Of a DNA stretch of 64,000 bases, positions 27,227 through 39,451 are shown piece after piece. The position numbers were made by a program, and so were the translations under genes. The notes beneath the pieces were generated by a model, which ran no database searches, was not told the origin of the DNA, and was given only the letters and a program-made list of their open reading frames with translations. Origin of the DNA: Clostridia bacterium (lineage in GTDB: Bacteria > Bacillota > Clostridia > UBA1381 > UBA9506); contig JAZSAS010000085.1 in assembly GCA_045602005.1 (NCBI GenBank), forward strand, positions 1,230-65,229, read 5' to 3'. Within the stretch, counting starts at the first letter, position 1. Each line of letters begins with the position of its first letter.

Positions 27227-28144
27227 ATGTCTATTGATGTTTTAATTGATAAAATCAAAGAAAAAAAGAATCCCACCGTGGCTGGTCTTGACCCCCGTTG
27301 GGAATATATTCCTGAGCACATCAGGCAGGCCGCAATAGCGGCACACGGAAAAACCAACCAGGCAGTTGGCGCAGCGCTGACAGCATTTAACAAAGGGTTG
27401 ATTGACAGTCTTTGTGATATTGTGCCGGCGGTTAAGCCCCAGTCTGCATATTATGAGATGTATGGTCTTTCCGGCCTTTCTGCACTGGCTGAAACCATTT
27501 CTTATGCCAGAGAAAAGGGAATGTATGTTATTTTAGACGGCAAACGAAATGATATTGGCAAAACTGCTGAGGCCTATGCCGGCGCGTATCTTGCTCATAC
27601 AACAGCCGGTGACATATCCGTGCAGAACGAGTTGGAAAGCGAAGGACTGACTGTTAACGGATATCTGGGTTCAGACGGCATTAAGCCCTTTGTGTCAGCC
27701 TGTGAGGAATATGGAAAAATTATCTTTGTTTTAGTCAAAACCTCAAACCCCTCCTCAGGAGAGCTGCAGGATTTAGAGGTCGGAAGCGAAACAATTTATC
27801 AAAAAATGGCTGCCATGGTCAATCGATGGGGTGAAGGACTTGAAGGTAAATACGGCTATACACCTGTAGGTGCCGTTGTTGGAGCAACCTATCCCAAACA
27901 GTTGACAGAGCTTAGGGGCCTGATGCCCAAATCTTATCTTCTGGTGCCGGGCTATGGTGCACAGGGCGGCGGTGCAAAGGATGTGGCAGGTGCCTTTGAT
28001 GCAAACGGTTTGGGTGCCATTATCAATTCCTCCCGTGGCATTATGTGCGCATGGCAGAAGGGCGATTACCAGCCCGAGGATTTTGGAAAAGCTGCAAAAG
28101 ATGAAGCTATTCGCATGCGTGATGATATCATGCAGTATATATAA
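27227..28144 (+). CDS. pyrF: orotidine-5'-phosphate decarboxylase (long, type 2)
   Basis: 305 aa with DGKRNDIGKTA and VAGLDPR motifs, in pyr operon context. Confidence 0.85.
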   Translation: MSIDVLIDKIKEKKNPTVAGLDPRWEYIPEHIRQAAIAAHGKTNQAVGAALTAFNKGLIDSLCDIVPAVKPQSAYYEMYGLSGLSALAETISYAREKGMYVILDGKRNDIGKTAEAYAGAYLAHTTAGDISVQNELESEGLTVNGYLGSDGIKPFVSACEEYGKIIFVLVKTSNPSSGELQDLEVGSETIYQKMAAMVNRWGEGLEGKYGYTPVGAVVGATYPKQLTELRGLMPKSYLLVPGYGAQGGGAKDVAGAFDANGLGAIINSSRGIMCAWQKGDYQPEDFGKAAKDEAIRMRDDIMQYI

Positions 28145-28173
28145 ACCTACGATAAAAGAAAGGAAGTTAAGCC

Positions 28174-29256
28174 ATGAAAAAAGCATATTTAGCATTGGCT
28201 GACGGTACGGTTTTTGAAGGCAAAAGCCTTGGTGCAACCGGAACGGCCATTGGCGAAATTGTCTTCACAACCGGCATGGTTGGTTATTTAGAAGCCATCA
28301 CTGATCCCTCTTTTGCCGGTCAGATTGTGTCTATGACCTATCCGGTTATTGGTAACTACGGCATTAACCGGGAGGACTGTCAGTCAGATAAAGCGCAGGT
28401 TCGGGGACTGATTATAAAAGAAGCCACAGCCTATCCCAGCAATTTCCGTTCTCAGGAAACACTGGAAGAATATTTAGTGAGTGAAAATGTTATCGCAATC
28501 ACCGGCATTGACACCCGTGCTTTGACGAAAATGATTCGGAATCAGGGTGCAATGAATGGTATCATTACCACAGAAGAACCGTTTAACTTTGGTGATTATA
28601 AAGCTGACATTGGGGCATATTCAATTGGTTCTATGGTGGAGCAGGTAACCTGCAAGGAGACATACACCGTTGGTGATGGCGACCTTAATGTGGCACTTTT
28701 AGATTTTGGCTTAAAAAGAAATTCGATTGCTTCCTTTGTTCGTCGTGGCGCAAAAGTGACGGTTTATCCCTGCACAACCCATGCAGAAACAATTCTGTCA
28801 GCAAACCCTGATGGCATTGTGATTTCAAACGGCCCCGGCGATCCTTCGCTGTGTGCTTCTTATCTCTCAGATGTGAAAGCGCTCATAACCTCAGGCAAAC
28901 CCTTTATGGGTCTGGGGCTGGGGCATCAGCTGGCAGCACTTGCCATGGGTGGCAAAACAGAAAAGCTGAAATTCGGTCATCGGGGAGCCAACCAGCCGGT
29001 TAAGGATTTAAAACTGGGACAAACCTTTGTCACAAGCCAGAATCATGGATTTGTTGTGGCAGCTGACAGCCTGCCGGAAGAAGTGATGGAAATCAGTCAC
29101 ATCAACATCAACGACCAGACGGTGGAGGGCATTCGGTATAAAGGACTCCCTGCCATGTCGATTCAGTTTGACCCGGAATGCAAGCCGGGACCGAAGAATA
29201 TGGAATATTTATTAGAAGAATTTGTTGCCATGATGGGAGGGAAAAACAATGCCTAA
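28174..29256 (+). CDS. carA: carbamoyl-phosphate synthase small (glutaminase) subunit
   Basis: 360 aa with a GATase triad region (the usual GICLGHQ reads GLGLGHQ here). Confidence 0.95.
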   Translation: MKKAYLALADGTVFEGKSLGATGTAIGEIVFTTGMVGYLEAITDPSFAGQIVSMTYPVIGNYGINREDCQSDKAQVRGLIIKEATAYPSNFRSQETLEEYLVSENVIAITGIDTRALTKMIRNQGAMNGIITTEEPFNFGDYKADIGAYSIGSMVEQVTCKETYTVGDGDLNVALLDFGLKRNSIASFVRRGAKVTVYPCTTHAETILSANPDGIVISNGPGDPSLCASYLSDVKALITSGKPFMGLGLGHQLAALAMGGKTEKLKFGHRGANQPVKDLKLGQTFVTSQNHGFVVAADSLPEEVMEISHININDQTVEGIRYKGLPAMSIQFDPECKPGPKNMEYLLEEFVAMMGGKNNA

Positions 29257-32200
29257 GCGTGATGATGTTAAAAAAGTTTTGGTAATCGGCTCCGGCCCTA
29301 TTGTCATCGGTCAGGCAGCAGAGTTTGACTATGCCGGCACACAGGCCTGCCGTGCCCTTTCTGAAGAGGGAATTGAAGTTGTTTTAATCAACTCAAACCC
29401 CGCAACCATCATGACCGATAAAATGATGGCAGATAAAATTTATATTGAACCTTTGGTAGCTGAATCTGTTAAAAAGGTTATTGAAATCGAACGTCCCGAC
29501 AGCATTTTGCCGACGTTGGGCGGTCAAACAGGCTTAAATCTTGCCATGGAACTGGCAGAGGAAGGCTATCTTGACAAAATGAATGTAAAACTTTTGGGAA
29601 CTGCTACCTCAGCCATTAAAATGGCAGAGGACCGTCAGGCCTTTAAAGATACCATGGAATCTATTGGTGAGCCATGCATTGCATCCAAGGTGGTAAACAC
29701 CTATGAAGATGCCTTAGCATTTGCTAAAGAAATCGGTTTTCCGGTTATTGTTCGTCCGGCCTATACTCTGGGAGGCACCGGCGGCGGTATTGCTTATAGC
29801 GAAGAAGATTTGCAGGAGATTGCGCCTAATGGTTTGCGTCTTTCCCGTGTTCATCAGGTTTTAATAGAGAAGTGCATCTCCGGCTGGAAAGAAATTGAGT
29901 TTGAGGTTATTCGTGACAGTAAGGGCAATGCAATCACGGTTTGCTCCATGGAAAATCTTGACCCCGTGGGCGTTCACACAGGTGATTCTGTGGTTATTGC
30001 ACCGGCACAGACCCTTTCTGAAAAAGAATATAGCATGCTTCGCAACGCATCCTTAAACATCATTCATGCTCTGGGTATTGAGGGCGGATGTAACTGCCAG
30101 TTTGCTCTGCATCCTGAAAGCTTTGAATACGCTGTGATTGAGGTTAACCCCCGTGTTTCTCGTTCCTCAGCGCTGGCATCTAAGGCAACCGGTTATCCCA
30201 TTGCTAAGGTGGCATCTAAAATTGCCATTGGTTATGGCCTTGATGAAATTGTCAATGCCGTAACCGGAAAAACCTGTGCCTGCAACGAGCCGACCATTGA
30301 CTACTGTGTTATTAAATTCCCTAAATGGCCCTTTGATAAGTTTGTTAAAGCAAAGCGCACATTAGGCACACAGATGAAGGCCACCGGCGAGGTTATGGCC
30401 ATTTCTGACAACATTGAGGGTGCCCTCATGAAAGCCGTTCGTTGCTTGGAATTGAATGTGCAGTCCTTTGAACTGAAGAAGCTCAAGGCATTATCTAAAA
30501 AAGATATCATCAAGCGTCTGTCCCGTGTTGATGATGAACGGTTCTTTGTCATTTGTGAGGCATTCCGCCGTGAGGTAGACATACAAGAAATTCATGAAAT
30601 CACCACGATTGACACGTTTTTCTTGAACTGTCTGAAAAATCTGGTAGACATGGAAAATCGCTTAAAGCAGGGCCCCTTAGAGGCAGTGCTGTTAAAAGAT
30701 GCAAAGCGTATGGGATTTACAGATAAACTCATTGCAGAGCTTTCCGGTATTTCTGAGATTGCAGTTCGTGCCATGCGGGAATTGCACAGCATTTTCCCGA
30801 CCTATAAAATGGTTGATACCTGTGCTGCTGAATTTGAGGCTGTCACACCCTATTATTATTCAACCTATAATGAATACACCGAGACCTTCTCTTCAACCCG
30901 CAAGAAGATCGTGGTAATTGGCTCTGGTCCTATCCGTATCGGTCAGGGTATTGAGTTTGACTATTGCTCAGTACACGCTGTTTGGGCGCTTCGTGAGGCA
31001 GGTTATGAAACCATTATTATTAACAATAACCCTGAAACAGTTTCCACAGACTTTGATACAGCTGATAAACTGTATTTCGAGCCACTGACTCCCGAAGATG
31101 TGGGCAATATTCTGGAAATTGAAAAACCTGACGGTGTTCTGGTTCAGTTTGGCGGACAGACAGCCATTAAATTGACTGCTGCCTTGAAGGAAATGGGTGT
31201 GAAAATTCTTGGCACTAAAGCTGAGGATGTTGACGCCGCAGAAGACAGAGAGCGGTTTGACGAAATTCTGGAAGCCTGCGACATTCGTCGTCCTGAAGGC
31301 AGAACAGTGTTCACCCATGAAGAAGCTTTAGAAGCGGCAAATGAATTGGGTTATCCTGTTCTGGTGCGTCCTTCTTATGTGTTGGGCGGTCAGGGCATGG
31401 AAATTGCTTATAATGACCGTGACGTTAAAGAGTTCATGGATATCATTACCATGATTAAACAGGAACATCCCATTCTCATTGATAAATATATGATGGGTAA
31501 AGAAATTGAGGTTGATGCCATTTGTGACGGCACCGATATTTTGATTCCGGGCATCATGGAGCATTTAGAGCGTGCCGGTGTTCATTCAGGAGACTCAATT
31601 TCAGTATATCCCGCACCAACGATTACAGATAAAATTAAAGCAGATTTGGTGGAATATACCAAACGTCTTGCCAACGCCCTGCATGTTGTGGGTCTGGTAA
31701 ACATTCAGTTTGTTCTGTATGAGGGAGAAATTTATGTGATAGAGGTGAATCCCCGTTCTTCCAGAACGGTACCGTATATCAGTAAGGTAACAAACGTGCC
31801 CATGGTTGACCTTGCTACACGCTGTGTGCTGGGTGAAAAGCTGGCCGATATGGGTTGTGGTACAGGTCTGCATTCTGAAGGGGAATATACTGCAATTAAA
31901 GTGCCTGTGTTCTCGTTTGAAAAGCTGCACGATGTTGATACCTCTTTAGGTCCTGAAATGAAGTCTACAGGCGAGGTGCTGGGCATTAGCAAGAGCTTTT
32001 CTGAGGCGCTGTTTAAGGGCCTTTTGGGTGCCGGTTTCAAGATGAGTGAAAAGGGCAATGTTTTAATCACTGTTCGTGACACCGATAAGCCGGAAATGCT
32101 GGATATTGCCAGAGGCTTCCACGAACTGGGTTACCACATTTATTCAACGAAGGGCACCGCAACATATTTGATGCAACATAACGTGCCTGCCACAACAGTT

Positions 32201-32446
32201 GCTAAAATTGGTGAGGGCAGTCCTGATATTTTAGATCTTCTGCAAGAGGGTCGGTTTAATCTGGCGATTAACACGGCAACAAAAGGTCGCCAACCGGACC
32301 GTGACGGCTTTAAAATCAGAAGAAAGAGCGTGGAGCTTTCCGTGCCCTGTCTGACCAGCCTTGACACAGCAAAGGCATTTTTAGCCAGCCTGCAGACTCA
32401 TTTAAGTAAAAACAGTGTATCCATGGTCAACTTGTTAGACGTATAA
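29249..32446 (+). CDS. carB: carbamoyl-phosphate synthase large subunit
   Basis: 1065 aa with duplicated ATP-grasp halves and an MGS-like C-terminus. It overlaps carA by 8 nt. Confidence 0.95.
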   Translation: MPKRDDVKKVLVIGSGPIVIGQAAEFDYAGTQACRALSEEGIEVVLINSNPATIMTDKMMADKIYIEPLVAESVKKVIEIERPDSILPTLGGQTGLNLAMELAEEGYLDKMNVKLLGTATSAIKMAEDRQAFKDTMESIGEPCIASKVVNTYEDALAFAKEIGFPVIVRPAYTLGGTGGGIAYSEEDLQEIAPNGLRLSRVHQVLIEKCISGWKEIEFEVIRDSKGNAITVCSMENLDPVGVHTGDSVVIAPAQTLSEKEYSMLRNASLNIIHALGIEGGCNCQFALHPESFEYAVIEVNPRVSRSSALASKATGYPIAKVASKIAIGYGLDEIVNAVTGKTCACNEPTIDYCVIKFPKWPFDKFVKAKRTLGTQMKATGEVMAISDNIEGALMKAVRCLELNVQSFELKKLKALSKKDIIKRLSRVDDERFFVICEAFRREVDIQEIHEITTIDTFFLNCLKNLVDMENRLKQGPLEAVLLKDAKRMGFTDKLIAELSGISEIAVRAMRELHSIFPTYKMVDTCAAEFEAVTPYYYSTYNEYTETFSSTRKKIVVIGSGPIRIGQGIEFDYCSVHAVWALREAGYETIIINNNPETVSTDFDTADKLYFEPLTPEDVGNILEIEKPDGVLVQFGGQTAIKLTAALKEMGVKILGTKAEDVDAAEDRERFDEILEACDIRRPEGRTVFTHEEALEAANELGYPVLVRPSYVLGGQGMEIAYNDRDVKEFMDIITMIKQEHPILIDKYMMGKEIEVDAICDGTDILIPGIMEHLERAGVHSGDSISVYPAPTITDKIKADLVEYTKRLANALHVVGLVNIQFVLYEGEIYVIEVNPRSSRTVPYISKVTNVPMVDLATRCVLGEKLADMGCGTGLHSEGEYTAIKVPVFSFEKLHDVDTSLGPEMKSTGEVLGISKSFSEALFKGLLGAGFKMSEKGNVLITVRDTDKPEMLDIARGFHELGYHIYSTKGTATYLMQHNVPATTVAKIGEGSPDILDLLQEGRFNLAINTATKGRQPDRDGFKIRRKSVELSVPCLTSLDTAKAFLASLQTHLSKNSVSMVNLLDV

Positions 32447-32462
32447 TTTAAAAGTTATGAGA

Positions 32463-32516
32463 AGAGGTTGCAGAAGTCATGATTACTAAAAAGACTTCTA
32501 ATGCAACCTCTTTTTT
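32463..32516 (+). terminator. rho-independent terminator of the pyr operon
   Basis: Long hairpin AGAGGTTGCAGAAGTC ... GACTTCTAATGCAACCTCT followed by TTTTT. Confidence 0.85.
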
Positions 32517-32549
32517 GTATCTATAAAAGATTATAACAGTTGAAGAGAA

Positions 32550-32578
32550 TTGACTTCAAAACATAAATCCGTTATAAT
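32550..32578 (+). promoter_or_regulatory. near-consensus sigma-A promoter (TTGACT-17-TATAAT)
   Basis: TTGACT at 32550-32555 and TATAAT at 32573-32578. Confidence 0.6.
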
Positions 32579-32626
32579 GAAATTGTCAGCAGAAGTTAGG
32601 GAACACAGTGATGAAAGGGTGGTTTT

Positions 32627-33163
32627 ATGAAGAAAAAAATTATTATTTGTGGAGTTGTCATCATTGCTTTGGTTTGTTTGTTGCCGTTTCCTCAAAAGAT
32701 TGAAAGAACATTTTTCGGCATTAATACCTTTAGCGGAGAACCGGCTGAAATCACCCTCTCTATGAATTATTTAAGATTTTTATTTCTAAATGATAAAATG
32801 TCCGGAGAGATTACAGTGACGTCAGAAGGCAAAACAACTGTTTATGGGAGCAGCATGTTTTATGTGGGTTTGTGGCCCTTAAATAATGAAGATAAAACCA
32901 TGCATGCATTCACAGGTTTTTATTTTAATCCGGAAACAATTATGCATGATTATGGGGACGGCGTGTTAGGCTCAAAGGTAGTCGGTTCAGAGATTGCCAA
33001 TGCTTATATAAGCCGGGATTTTAATAAAATTTTATTATACCATGTGCCAAGCGAGGAGGCACAGGATGCAGAACCAAAACAGTATATAGGGAACATTGAA
33101 GGAAATAAAGAAAATGAGACCGTTGGGTACTTTAAAGGGTATACACGTTCTGCTAAAGACTAG
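32627..33163 (+). CDS. membrane-anchored hypothetical protein
   Basis: 178 aa with an N-terminal TM/signal-anchor (KKKIIICGVVIIALVCLLPF). I recognise no motif. It has its own promoter and an RBS-like GAAAGGGTGG. Confidence 0.6.
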   Translation: MKKKIIICGVVIIALVCLLPFPQKIERTFFGINTFSGEPAEITLSMNYLRFLFLNDKMSGEITVTSEGKTTVYGSSMFYVGLWPLNNEDKTMHAFTGFYFNPETIMHDYGDGVLGSKVVGSEIANAYISRDFNKILLYHVPSEEAQDAEPKQYIGNIEGNKENETVGYFKGYTRSAKD

Positions 33164-33264
33164 ACTAGTTAGATTGTCAGGTTATGTTCAATACAGTCTT
33201 TAAAAAATTGATAAAAGGTGGTAACCTGGAAATATAAAATAGGCGGGAATGTCTGCTAAATGAT

Positions 33265-33293
33265 TTGACATAATTCCTGATTTGTTGTATAAT
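33265..33293 (+). promoter_or_regulatory. consensus sigma-A promoter (TTGACA-17-TATAAT)
   Basis: TTGACA at 33265-33270 and TATAAT at 33288-33293. The track start of the typA ORF (33282) lies inside this promoter. Confidence 0.6.
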
Positions 33294-33338
33294 AGTATGG
33301 TTATTTTACTACAGTATAAATGTTCGGAGGCTCAAAGC

Positions 33339-35153
33339 GTGAAAGAAATCAGAAACATTGCAATTATTGCTCATGTTGACCATGGTAAAACCACTTTGGT
33401 TGATGTGATGCTCAAAGACAGCGGTATTTACAGAGAAAATGAACAAGTGACAGAACGTGTTATGGACTCTAATGACTTAGAGCGTGAACGCGGCATCACC
33501 ATTTTGTCTAAAAATACCTCTATTATATATAAAGACATGAAAATCAATATTATTGATACACCGGGCCATGCCGATTTTGGTGGAGAAGTTGAACGTGTGC
33601 TTGGCATGGTTGACGGCGTTCTTTTATTGGTAGATGCCTTTGAAGGGCCAATGCCCCAGACACGGTTTGTGCTGAAAAAGGCGCTATCTCAGGGTTTAAA
33701 ACCCATTGTGGTTATTAATAAAATTGACAGACCTCAGGCACGTCCTACAGAGGTTGTTGATGAAATTTTTGATTTATTCATTGACCTAGGTGCCAGCGAT
33801 GAGCAGGCGGATTTTCCCATTGTTTATGCCTCGGCAAGAGAAGGCGTTAGCGGATATGAACCGGATGAAATGAAAGAAGGGCTAAGGCCTCTTTTTGAAA
33901 CCATCGCAAACCACGTTCCGGCACCGGAAGGGGATGTCTCTAAGCCGTTTAGAATGCTCGTGTCTAACATTGATTATGATGAATATGTTGGCCGGATTGC
34001 TGTTGGCAGAATTGACAGAGGCAGCCTTGCAACCGGTCGGTTTTTAACCGTTTGCCACGCCGATGGCACCACGCAGAACGCACGGTGCGGGCGGCTCTAT
34101 ATGCACGACGGCTTAAAGCGAGTTGAGGTGCAGGAGGCACAGGCGGGTGATGTAATTTTAGTTGCTGGTTTAGGTAACATTGGCATTGGTGAAACCTTGT
34201 GCGACCCAACCTGTGTTGAGCCTTTGCCGGTCATCACGGTTGATGAGCCGACAATTTCTATGAATTTTTTGGTCAACAACAGCCCCTTTGCAGGAAACGA
34301 GGGCGAATTTGTCACCAGCCGTCATTTGCGTGACCGTTTGTTTCGGGAGCTTGACACAAATGTCAGCCTGAAAGTAGAAGAAACTGACAGTGCTGATTGC
34401 TTTAAGGTGTCTGGCAGAGGAGAGCTGCATCTTTCGATTTTAATTGAAACCATGCGTCGTCAGGGTTATGAATTTCAGGTGTCCCGTCCGGAAGTTATTC
34501 TAAAGGAAAAAGACGGCAAAATAATGGAGCCGGTGGAGCTTTTGTTCATAGATTTGCCGGAGGAATATGCCGGTACAGTGATTGAAAAGCTGGGGATGCG
34601 TAAAGCAGAAATGCAGAACATGCAGCCTTCTGACAATGGCTATATGCGTCTTGAATTCCGAATCCCTTCACGTGGACTGATTGGCTATCGCAGCGAGTTT
34701 TTAAGTGACACCCGTGGAAACGGTGTGATGAACACCATTTTAGACGGATACAGCCCCTATTTTGGTAATATTGAAAGCCGAACACGTGGTTCTATGATTG
34801 CCTGGGAGACGGGCGAAAGCATTACGTATGGTTTATATAATGCTCAGGAGCGTGGCCGGTTATTTATTGGACCCGGTGTTAAGGTTTATGAAGGTATGAT
34901 TGTAGGTGAAAATGCCAAAGCTGAGGATATCACCGTGAATGTTTGCAAGAAAAAACATGTGACCAACATGCGTGCTTCCGGCAGTGATGAGGCACTGCGG
35001 TTGACAACACCTGACAATCTGAGTCTGGAACAGTGTTTGGAATTTATATCAGATGATGAGCTTGTGGAAGTTACCCCTCAAAGCATTCGTCTTAGGAAAA
35101 AGCTTTTGACAAAAACCGAACGAGATAAGGCGGCGAACAGAAACAAAAAGTAA
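33339..35153 (+). CDS. typA: translational GTPase TypA/BipA
   Basis: The GTG at 33339 is 8 nt after GGAGG and in frame. The product begins [22 protein letters not shown] and is about 604 aa. Confidence 0.9.
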   Translation: MKEIRNIAIIAHVDHGKTTLVDVMLKDSGIYRENEQVTERVMDSNDLERERGITILSKNTSIIYKDMKINIIDTPGHADFGGEVERVLGMVDGVLLLVDAFEGPMPQTRFVLKKALSQGLKPIVVINKIDRPQARPTEVVDEIFDLFIDLGASDEQADFPIVYASAREGVSGYEPDEMKEGLRPLFETIANHVPAPEGDVSKPFRMLVSNIDYDEYVGRIAVGRIDRGSLATGRFLTVCHADGTTQNARCGRLYMHDGLKRVEVQEAQAGDVILVAGLGNIGIGETLCDPTCVEPLPVITVDEPTISMNFLVNNSPFAGNEGEFVTSRHLRDRLFRELDTNVSLKVEETDSADCFKVSGRGELHLSILIETMRRQGYEFQVSRPEVILKEKDGKIMEPVELLFIDLPEEYAGTVIEKLGMRKAEMQNMQPSDNGYMRLEFRIPSRGLIGYRSEFLSDTRGNGVMNTILDGYSPYFGNIESRTRGSMIAWETGESITYGLYNAQERGRLFIGPGVKVYEGMIVGENAKAEDITVNVCKKKHVTNMRASGSDEALRLTTPDNLSLEQCLEFISDDELVEVTPQSIRLRKKLLTKTERDKAANRNKK

Positions 35154-35173
35154 ATTGTAAGCAAATCAATTAT

Positions 35174-35234
35174 AATAGGCTGTAAAAAACCTGTATCATA
35201 AATCGTTACATGTATTTTTTACAGCCTATTTTTA
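35174..35234 (+). terminator. rho-independent terminator
   Basis: 16-bp arms AATAGGCTGTAAAAAA / TTTTTTACAGCCTATT around a 25-nt loop, followed by TTT. Confidence 0.7.
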
Positions 35235-35348
35235 TATATTTTGTTAAAAATTTTGTTTGAAAACCGAAAAAAAGGGTATAAATGCATTATGCTAATAATA
35301 AAATGGTGAACAAGAGGCTTGTATGCTATATAAATAAAGGAGTTTTTT

Positions 35349-36347
35349 ATGGATTATAAATCCTACACCGAACAACAGGAAAAGGCTTTTTTGTCAGAAT
35401 TTGCTGTTCGTTCTAACCAGTCAAAGGGCAGGGAGAAGCCCATGGAGCCCTGTAGTGTCAGAACGGATTTCCAGCGAGATAGAGATAGAATTATTCATGC
35501 AAAGTCATTTCGCCGGCTCATGCATAAAACCCAGGTGTTTTTAGCACCTGAAGGGGACCATTACAGAACCCGCCTGACTCACACGCTGGAGGTTTCTCAA
35601 ATTGCCAGAACCATTGCCCGAGCCTTGCGTTTAAATGAAGATTTAACAGAAGCCATTGCACTGGGGCATGATTTGGGGCACACACCCTTTGGCCATTCCG
35701 GTGAAGATGTTTTAGACCAAATTTGCAGCAGCGGATTTAAGCACTATCAGCAAAGTCTGCGTGTGGTGGATGTGCTGGAGGGCGGTTGTGGATTGAATTT
35801 GACCTTTGAGGTGCGTGACGGCATTGTAAACCATGCAGGCGAAAATGAAGCTTGCACCCTAGAAGGGCAGATTATTAAGCTGGCTGACCGGATTGCTTAT
35901 ATCAATCACGATATTGATGACGCTGTTAGAGGCGGCGTGATTGCAGCAGATTCCATTCCTAAGGAATGCCGCAAGCTATTGGGAAATACACACGGCGAGC
36001 GAATTCATAACATGATTCTAGATGTGATTGAGCACAGCACCAATCAACCTAAAGTTGCTATGAGCAAGGAAATTTACGAGGCAATGATGGAGCTGCGGCG
36101 CTTTATGTTTAAAAACGTGTATACCAGTCCTGTGGCGAAGGCGGAGGATGATAAAGCAAAGGACATGCTCATTATGCTGTTTAACACGTTTATCGACAAG
36201 CCAGATATTCTGCATAAAGCAGGTCTTGCCCAAAAGGTGTTTGAAGGTGAGCAGGATGTGTGCGACTACATTGCCGGAATGACGGATAATTTTGCCATTT
36301 ATATTTTTAAAAACCTGTTTTTACCCCAAAACTGGCAGATAAAATAG
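35349..36347 (+). CDS. dGTP triphosphohydrolase-like HD-domain protein
   Basis: 332 aa with RTRLTHTLEVSQIAR and GHDLGHTPFGHSGE HD motifs. It sits in the usual position upstream of dnaG. Confidence 0.8.
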   Translation: MDYKSYTEQQEKAFLSEFAVRSNQSKGREKPMEPCSVRTDFQRDRDRIIHAKSFRRLMHKTQVFLAPEGDHYRTRLTHTLEVSQIARTIARALRLNEDLTEAIALGHDLGHTPFGHSGEDVLDQICSSGFKHYQQSLRVVDVLEGGCGLNLTFEVRDGIVNHAGENEACTLEGQIIKLADRIAYINHDIDDAVRGGVIAADSIPKECRKLLGNTHGERIHNMILDVIEHSTNQPKVAMSKEIYEAMMELRRFMFKNVYTSPVAKAEDDKAKDMLIMLFNTFIDKPDILHKAGLAQKVFEGEQDVCDYIAGMTDNFAIYIFKNLFLPQNWQIK

Positions 36348-36477
36348 GATAATACATAAAATGTAAAATTATGGGTATTATATGTTTGATAGAAAAAAAT
36401 GAAAAAAGAAAAAGGAAATCCGGTTTTTTCGTCGAATAAAAATTATGGTCTAAATTTTGAATCGGGAGAGGACGTCT

Positions 36478-38259
36478 GTGCCACGATATTCACAAAGCTC
36501 AATTAACGAGGTCAGCCGGCGCATCAATTTGCCGGAGCTTGTGTCGTCTTATGTGCGTTTAAAACGTAACGGGACAAGCCACGTGGGTCTTTGTCCGTTT
36601 CACAAGGAAAAAACGCCTTCCTTTCATGTAGACGAGGACAAGCAATTGTTTTATTGCTTCGGTTGCGGTGCCGGTGGCAATGTGTTTGATTTTGTCATGC
36701 GCGCTGAAAATCTTGATTTTGTAGATGCTCTCCAGTTCTTGGCTCAAAGAGCCGGTGTGACCTTAGAAGAAGAGCAGGGCAAAAGCACAAAAAGCGAGGA
36801 AGAAGCCAGCCTCAGAAAACGCATTTTAGAAATGAACCGTTTGGCAGCGCGGCATTTTTACGATAATTTAAACGGCCCAAATGCGAAAGCCGCTGTTTCC
36901 TACATGCAAAAGCGGGGCATTGACCGCAAAACAGCCGTGAAATTCGGCATTGGTTATGCACCGGATGCTTGGTCAGACCTATTGGATTATATGACAGACC
37001 AGGGTTACACCCGTGACGAGCTGGTGACTGGTGGATTGGCTGTTAAAAATGACAAGGGTCGTGTATATGACAAATTTCGCAATCGGCTCATGTTTCCTAT
37101 TATTGATGTGCGGGGAAATGTGGTGGCATTTGGCGGCAGAGCCTTGGGTGAAGATCACGCAAAATATATGAACTCTCCGGATACACCGGTGTTTCATAAA
37201 GGCAGAAACCTTTTTTCTTTGAACCTGGCAAAACAGAAAGGCATGAAAGAGGGACTTATTCTGGTTGAAGGCTATATGGATGTGGTTTCCCTATACCAGA
37301 ACGGTATCACAAATGTCGTGGCCGGATTGGGAACGGCACTCACAGAAGAACAGGCACGTCTGCTAAAACGATATGCCAGCACAGTTTATGTTTGTTATGA
37401 CAGCGACGAAGCCGGTCAAAAGGCTGCGCAAAAAGCCATTGGCATTTTGGCAGAGGCTGAAAACATTGTGAAAGTTATCAGCTATACAGGTGCCAAAGAC
37501 CCGGATGAATATATTCAAAAAAAGGGTGTTCAAAGCTTTCGTCAGCTCATGATTGATGCCAGAGAATCTCTGGAATATCAGTTATTGCGCCTGCGACAAC
37601 AATATGATATTTATGATTTAAGTCAGAAAATCAGTTTTCTGGGCGAAGCGGCCAAGATTTTGGCAGATGTTGACAGCGAAATTTCCCGAGAAGCTTACAT
37701 CAAGCGCATTGCCGCTGAGACAGATATTTCTCCGGAATCTATCCGGACAGAAGTGTCTAAATTGATTTATTATAAAAACAAAAAACAGGTAAATAAAGAA
37801 TTGTATAACGAGGCAATGCCAGAGCGGTTAACTGCTGACGCTTCAAATTTGCCTAAAGGCCAGAGCATCGCTACATATAAAACGGAGCGAACGCTTTTAA
37901 ACCTGATTTTTTATCATCGACGGCCATTTGAAATGGCAAAAACATCCGTTCTGCCGGAATGGTTTTCCGGCGAACTGCACAGAAAACTGTTTGGGCGGAT
38001 TTTGGAGTATCGTACGACACACGAGGAAATCAGTGCTTCTGAATTTCTCACAGCTCTTTCTGCTGAAGAAGAAACAAAGAAAGCCGCAGCAGCTATCTTA
38101 TATATAAATTTTGAAGGCGACAGTTTGCAGGCCGCAAAAGAGGCTGCATTCAAGCTGGAAGAATCATATTTGAAATTACAGGCCGCAAAACTGGCCGGGG
38201 AAGGTAAAGTGAAAGAAGCCAATGAAATCTACCGAAGAATTAAAGAAAGGAGAGGGTAA
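36478..38259 (+). CDS. dnaG: DNA primase
   Basis: The track start is TTG at 36457. The GTG at 36478 follows GGGAGAGG. A zinc-ribbon ([11 protein letters not shown]...CFGCG), a Toprim (EGYMDV) and a C-terminal helicase-binding domain are present. Confidence 0.9.
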   Translation: MPRYSQSSINEVSRRINLPELVSSYVRLKRNGTSHVGLCPFHKEKTPSFHVDEDKQLFYCFGCGAGGNVFDFVMRAENLDFVDALQFLAQRAGVTLEEEQGKSTKSEEEASLRKRILEMNRLAARHFYDNLNGPNAKAAVSYMQKRGIDRKTAVKFGIGYAPDAWSDLLDYMTDQGYTRDELVTGGLAVKNDKGRVYDKFRNRLMFPIIDVRGNVVAFGGRALGEDHAKYMNSPDTPVFHKGRNLFSLNLAKQKGMKEGLILVEGYMDVVSLYQNGITNVVAGLGTALTEEQARLLKRYASTVYVCYDSDEAGQKAAQKAIGILAEAENIVKVISYTGAKDPDEYIQKKGVQSFRQLMIDARESLEYQLLRLRQQYDIYDLSQKISFLGEAAKILADVDSEISREAYIKRIAAETDISPESIRTEVSKLIYYKNKKQVNKELYNEAMPERLTADASNLPKGQSIATYKTERTLLNLIFYHRRPFEMAKTSVLPEWFSGELHRKLFGRILEYRTTHEEISASEFLTALSAEEETKKAAAAILYINFEGDSLQAAKEAAFKLEESYLKLQAAKLAGEGKVKEANEIYRRIKERRG

Positions 38260-38260
38260 T

Positions 38261-39382
38261 ATGACACCGGAGGCAGAGGCAAAATATCAGCAAACCATTC
38301 AGGAACTCACTGCTAAGGGTAAGGCGAACAGTATTTTGACCTATAAGGAAATCATGGATGCCCTTTCTGAGTTTGAAATGGAACCTGAACAAATTGAGCT
38401 ATTATATGAGATGCTGGAAAAAGAAGGCATTGAGATTGTAGCCGATATGGACAAGGAGCTGGAAAAAATTGAGGAGGAAATCGGCGATTTACCACCCCTG
38501 GAGGAAGTGGACTTAAATGCTGAGGCTCTGGAGATTTCTGGAGTGGAAGGCGTTTCGGTTGATGACCACGTTAAAATGTATCTCAAAGAAATCGGCAAAG
38601 TGCCGCTTTTAGCACCTGATGAAGAAATGGAACTGGCAAAGAGAATGGCCGATGGCGATGCTGAAGCCAGAAAACGCCTCTCAGAAGCAAATCTTCGTTT
38701 GGTTGTGTCTATCGCTAAGCGATATGTAGGACGTGGCATGCTGTTTCTGGACTTGATTCAAGAAGGGAATCTGGGCCTCATTAAGGCCGTTGAAAAGTTT
38801 GACTATACCAAAGGCTATAAATTCAGCACCTATGCAACCTGGTGGATTCGTCAGGCCATTACCCGTGCAATTGCCGACCAGGCACGAACCATTCGAATTC
38901 CGGTGCACATGGTGGAAACCATCAACAAGTTGATTCGGGTATCCCGCCAGCTGGTGCAGGAGTTGGGTCGTGACCCTCATCCCCATGAAATTGCAAAAGA
39001 ACTGAACATGTCTATTGACAAGGTTCGTGAAATTATGAAAATTGCCCAGGAGCCGGTTTCCTTGGAAACCCCCATTGGTGAAGAGGAGGATAGTCATTTG
39101 GGAGACTTTATTCCTGATGATGATGCCCCCGCTCCTTCTGAAGCCGCTTCTTTTATGCTTTTAAAAGAACAGCTCAGCGATGTGCTCGACACGTTAACCC
39201 CTCGGGAAGCTATGGTTTTAAAGCTGCGTTTCGGTCTGGAAGACGGCAGAGCCAGAACGCTGGAAGAGGTTGGCAAGGAGTTTAAAGTTACCCGTGAGCG
39301 AATCCGTCAGATTGAAGCAAAGGCTCTGCGCAAACTGCGACACCCCAGTAGAAGCAAAAAACTGAAGGATTATCTTGAATAA
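38261..39382 (+). CDS. rpoD: RNA polymerase primary sigma factor
   Basis: The ATG at 38261 follows AAAGGAGAGGG. Region 2.4 ([13 protein letters not shown]) and region 4.2 are conserved. Product is 373 aa. Confidence 0.95.
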   Translation: MTPEAEAKYQQTIQELTAKGKANSILTYKEIMDALSEFEMEPEQIELLYEMLEKEGIEIVADMDKELEKIEEEIGDLPPLEEVDLNAEALEISGVEGVSVDDHVKMYLKEIGKVPLLAPDEEMELAKRMADGDAEARKRLSEANLRLVVSIAKRYVGRGMLFLDLIQEGNLGLIKAVEKFDYTKGYKFSTYATWWIRQAITRAIADQARTIRIPVHMVETINKLIRVSRQLVQELGRDPHPHEIAKELNMSIDKVREIMKIAQEPVSLETPIGEEEDSHLGDFIPDDDAPAPSEAASFMLLKEQLSDVLDTLTPREAMVLKLRFGLEDGRARTLEEVGKEFKVTRERIRQIEAKALRKLRHPSRSKKLKDYLE

Positions 39383-39410
39383 AAACAACATTTTTTCTGT
39401 TGACATGATT

Positions 39411-39451
39411 CACCTCTTCTTTTCGTATACATGAAAAGAAGAGGTGTTTTT
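39411..39451 (+). terminator. rho-independent terminator after rpoD
   Basis: Perfect 14-bp stem CACCTCTTCTTTTC / GAAAAGAAGAGGTG with an 8-nt loop, followed by TTTTT. The track ORF start at 39431 lies inside it. Confidence 0.85.

Noticed and set aside
33282-33338. N-terminal extensions of track ORFs (typA 33282, lgt 12832, glnN 13783, rpoD 38222, YibQ-like 39431, rpsB 52119, hpt 46535, ftsX 51031, amidohydrolase 17699 and others).
   Set aside because: The extensions run through promoters, terminators or the preceding gene. Downstream in-frame starts have proper SD spacing and give canonical family N-termini.
36399-36506. 35-aa ORF (MKKEKGNPVFSS...) upstream of and overlapping the dnaG start.
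   Set aside because: It has no SD, it sits in an A-rich tract, and it overlaps the dnaG RBS and start in another frame. It is most likely a chance ORF.
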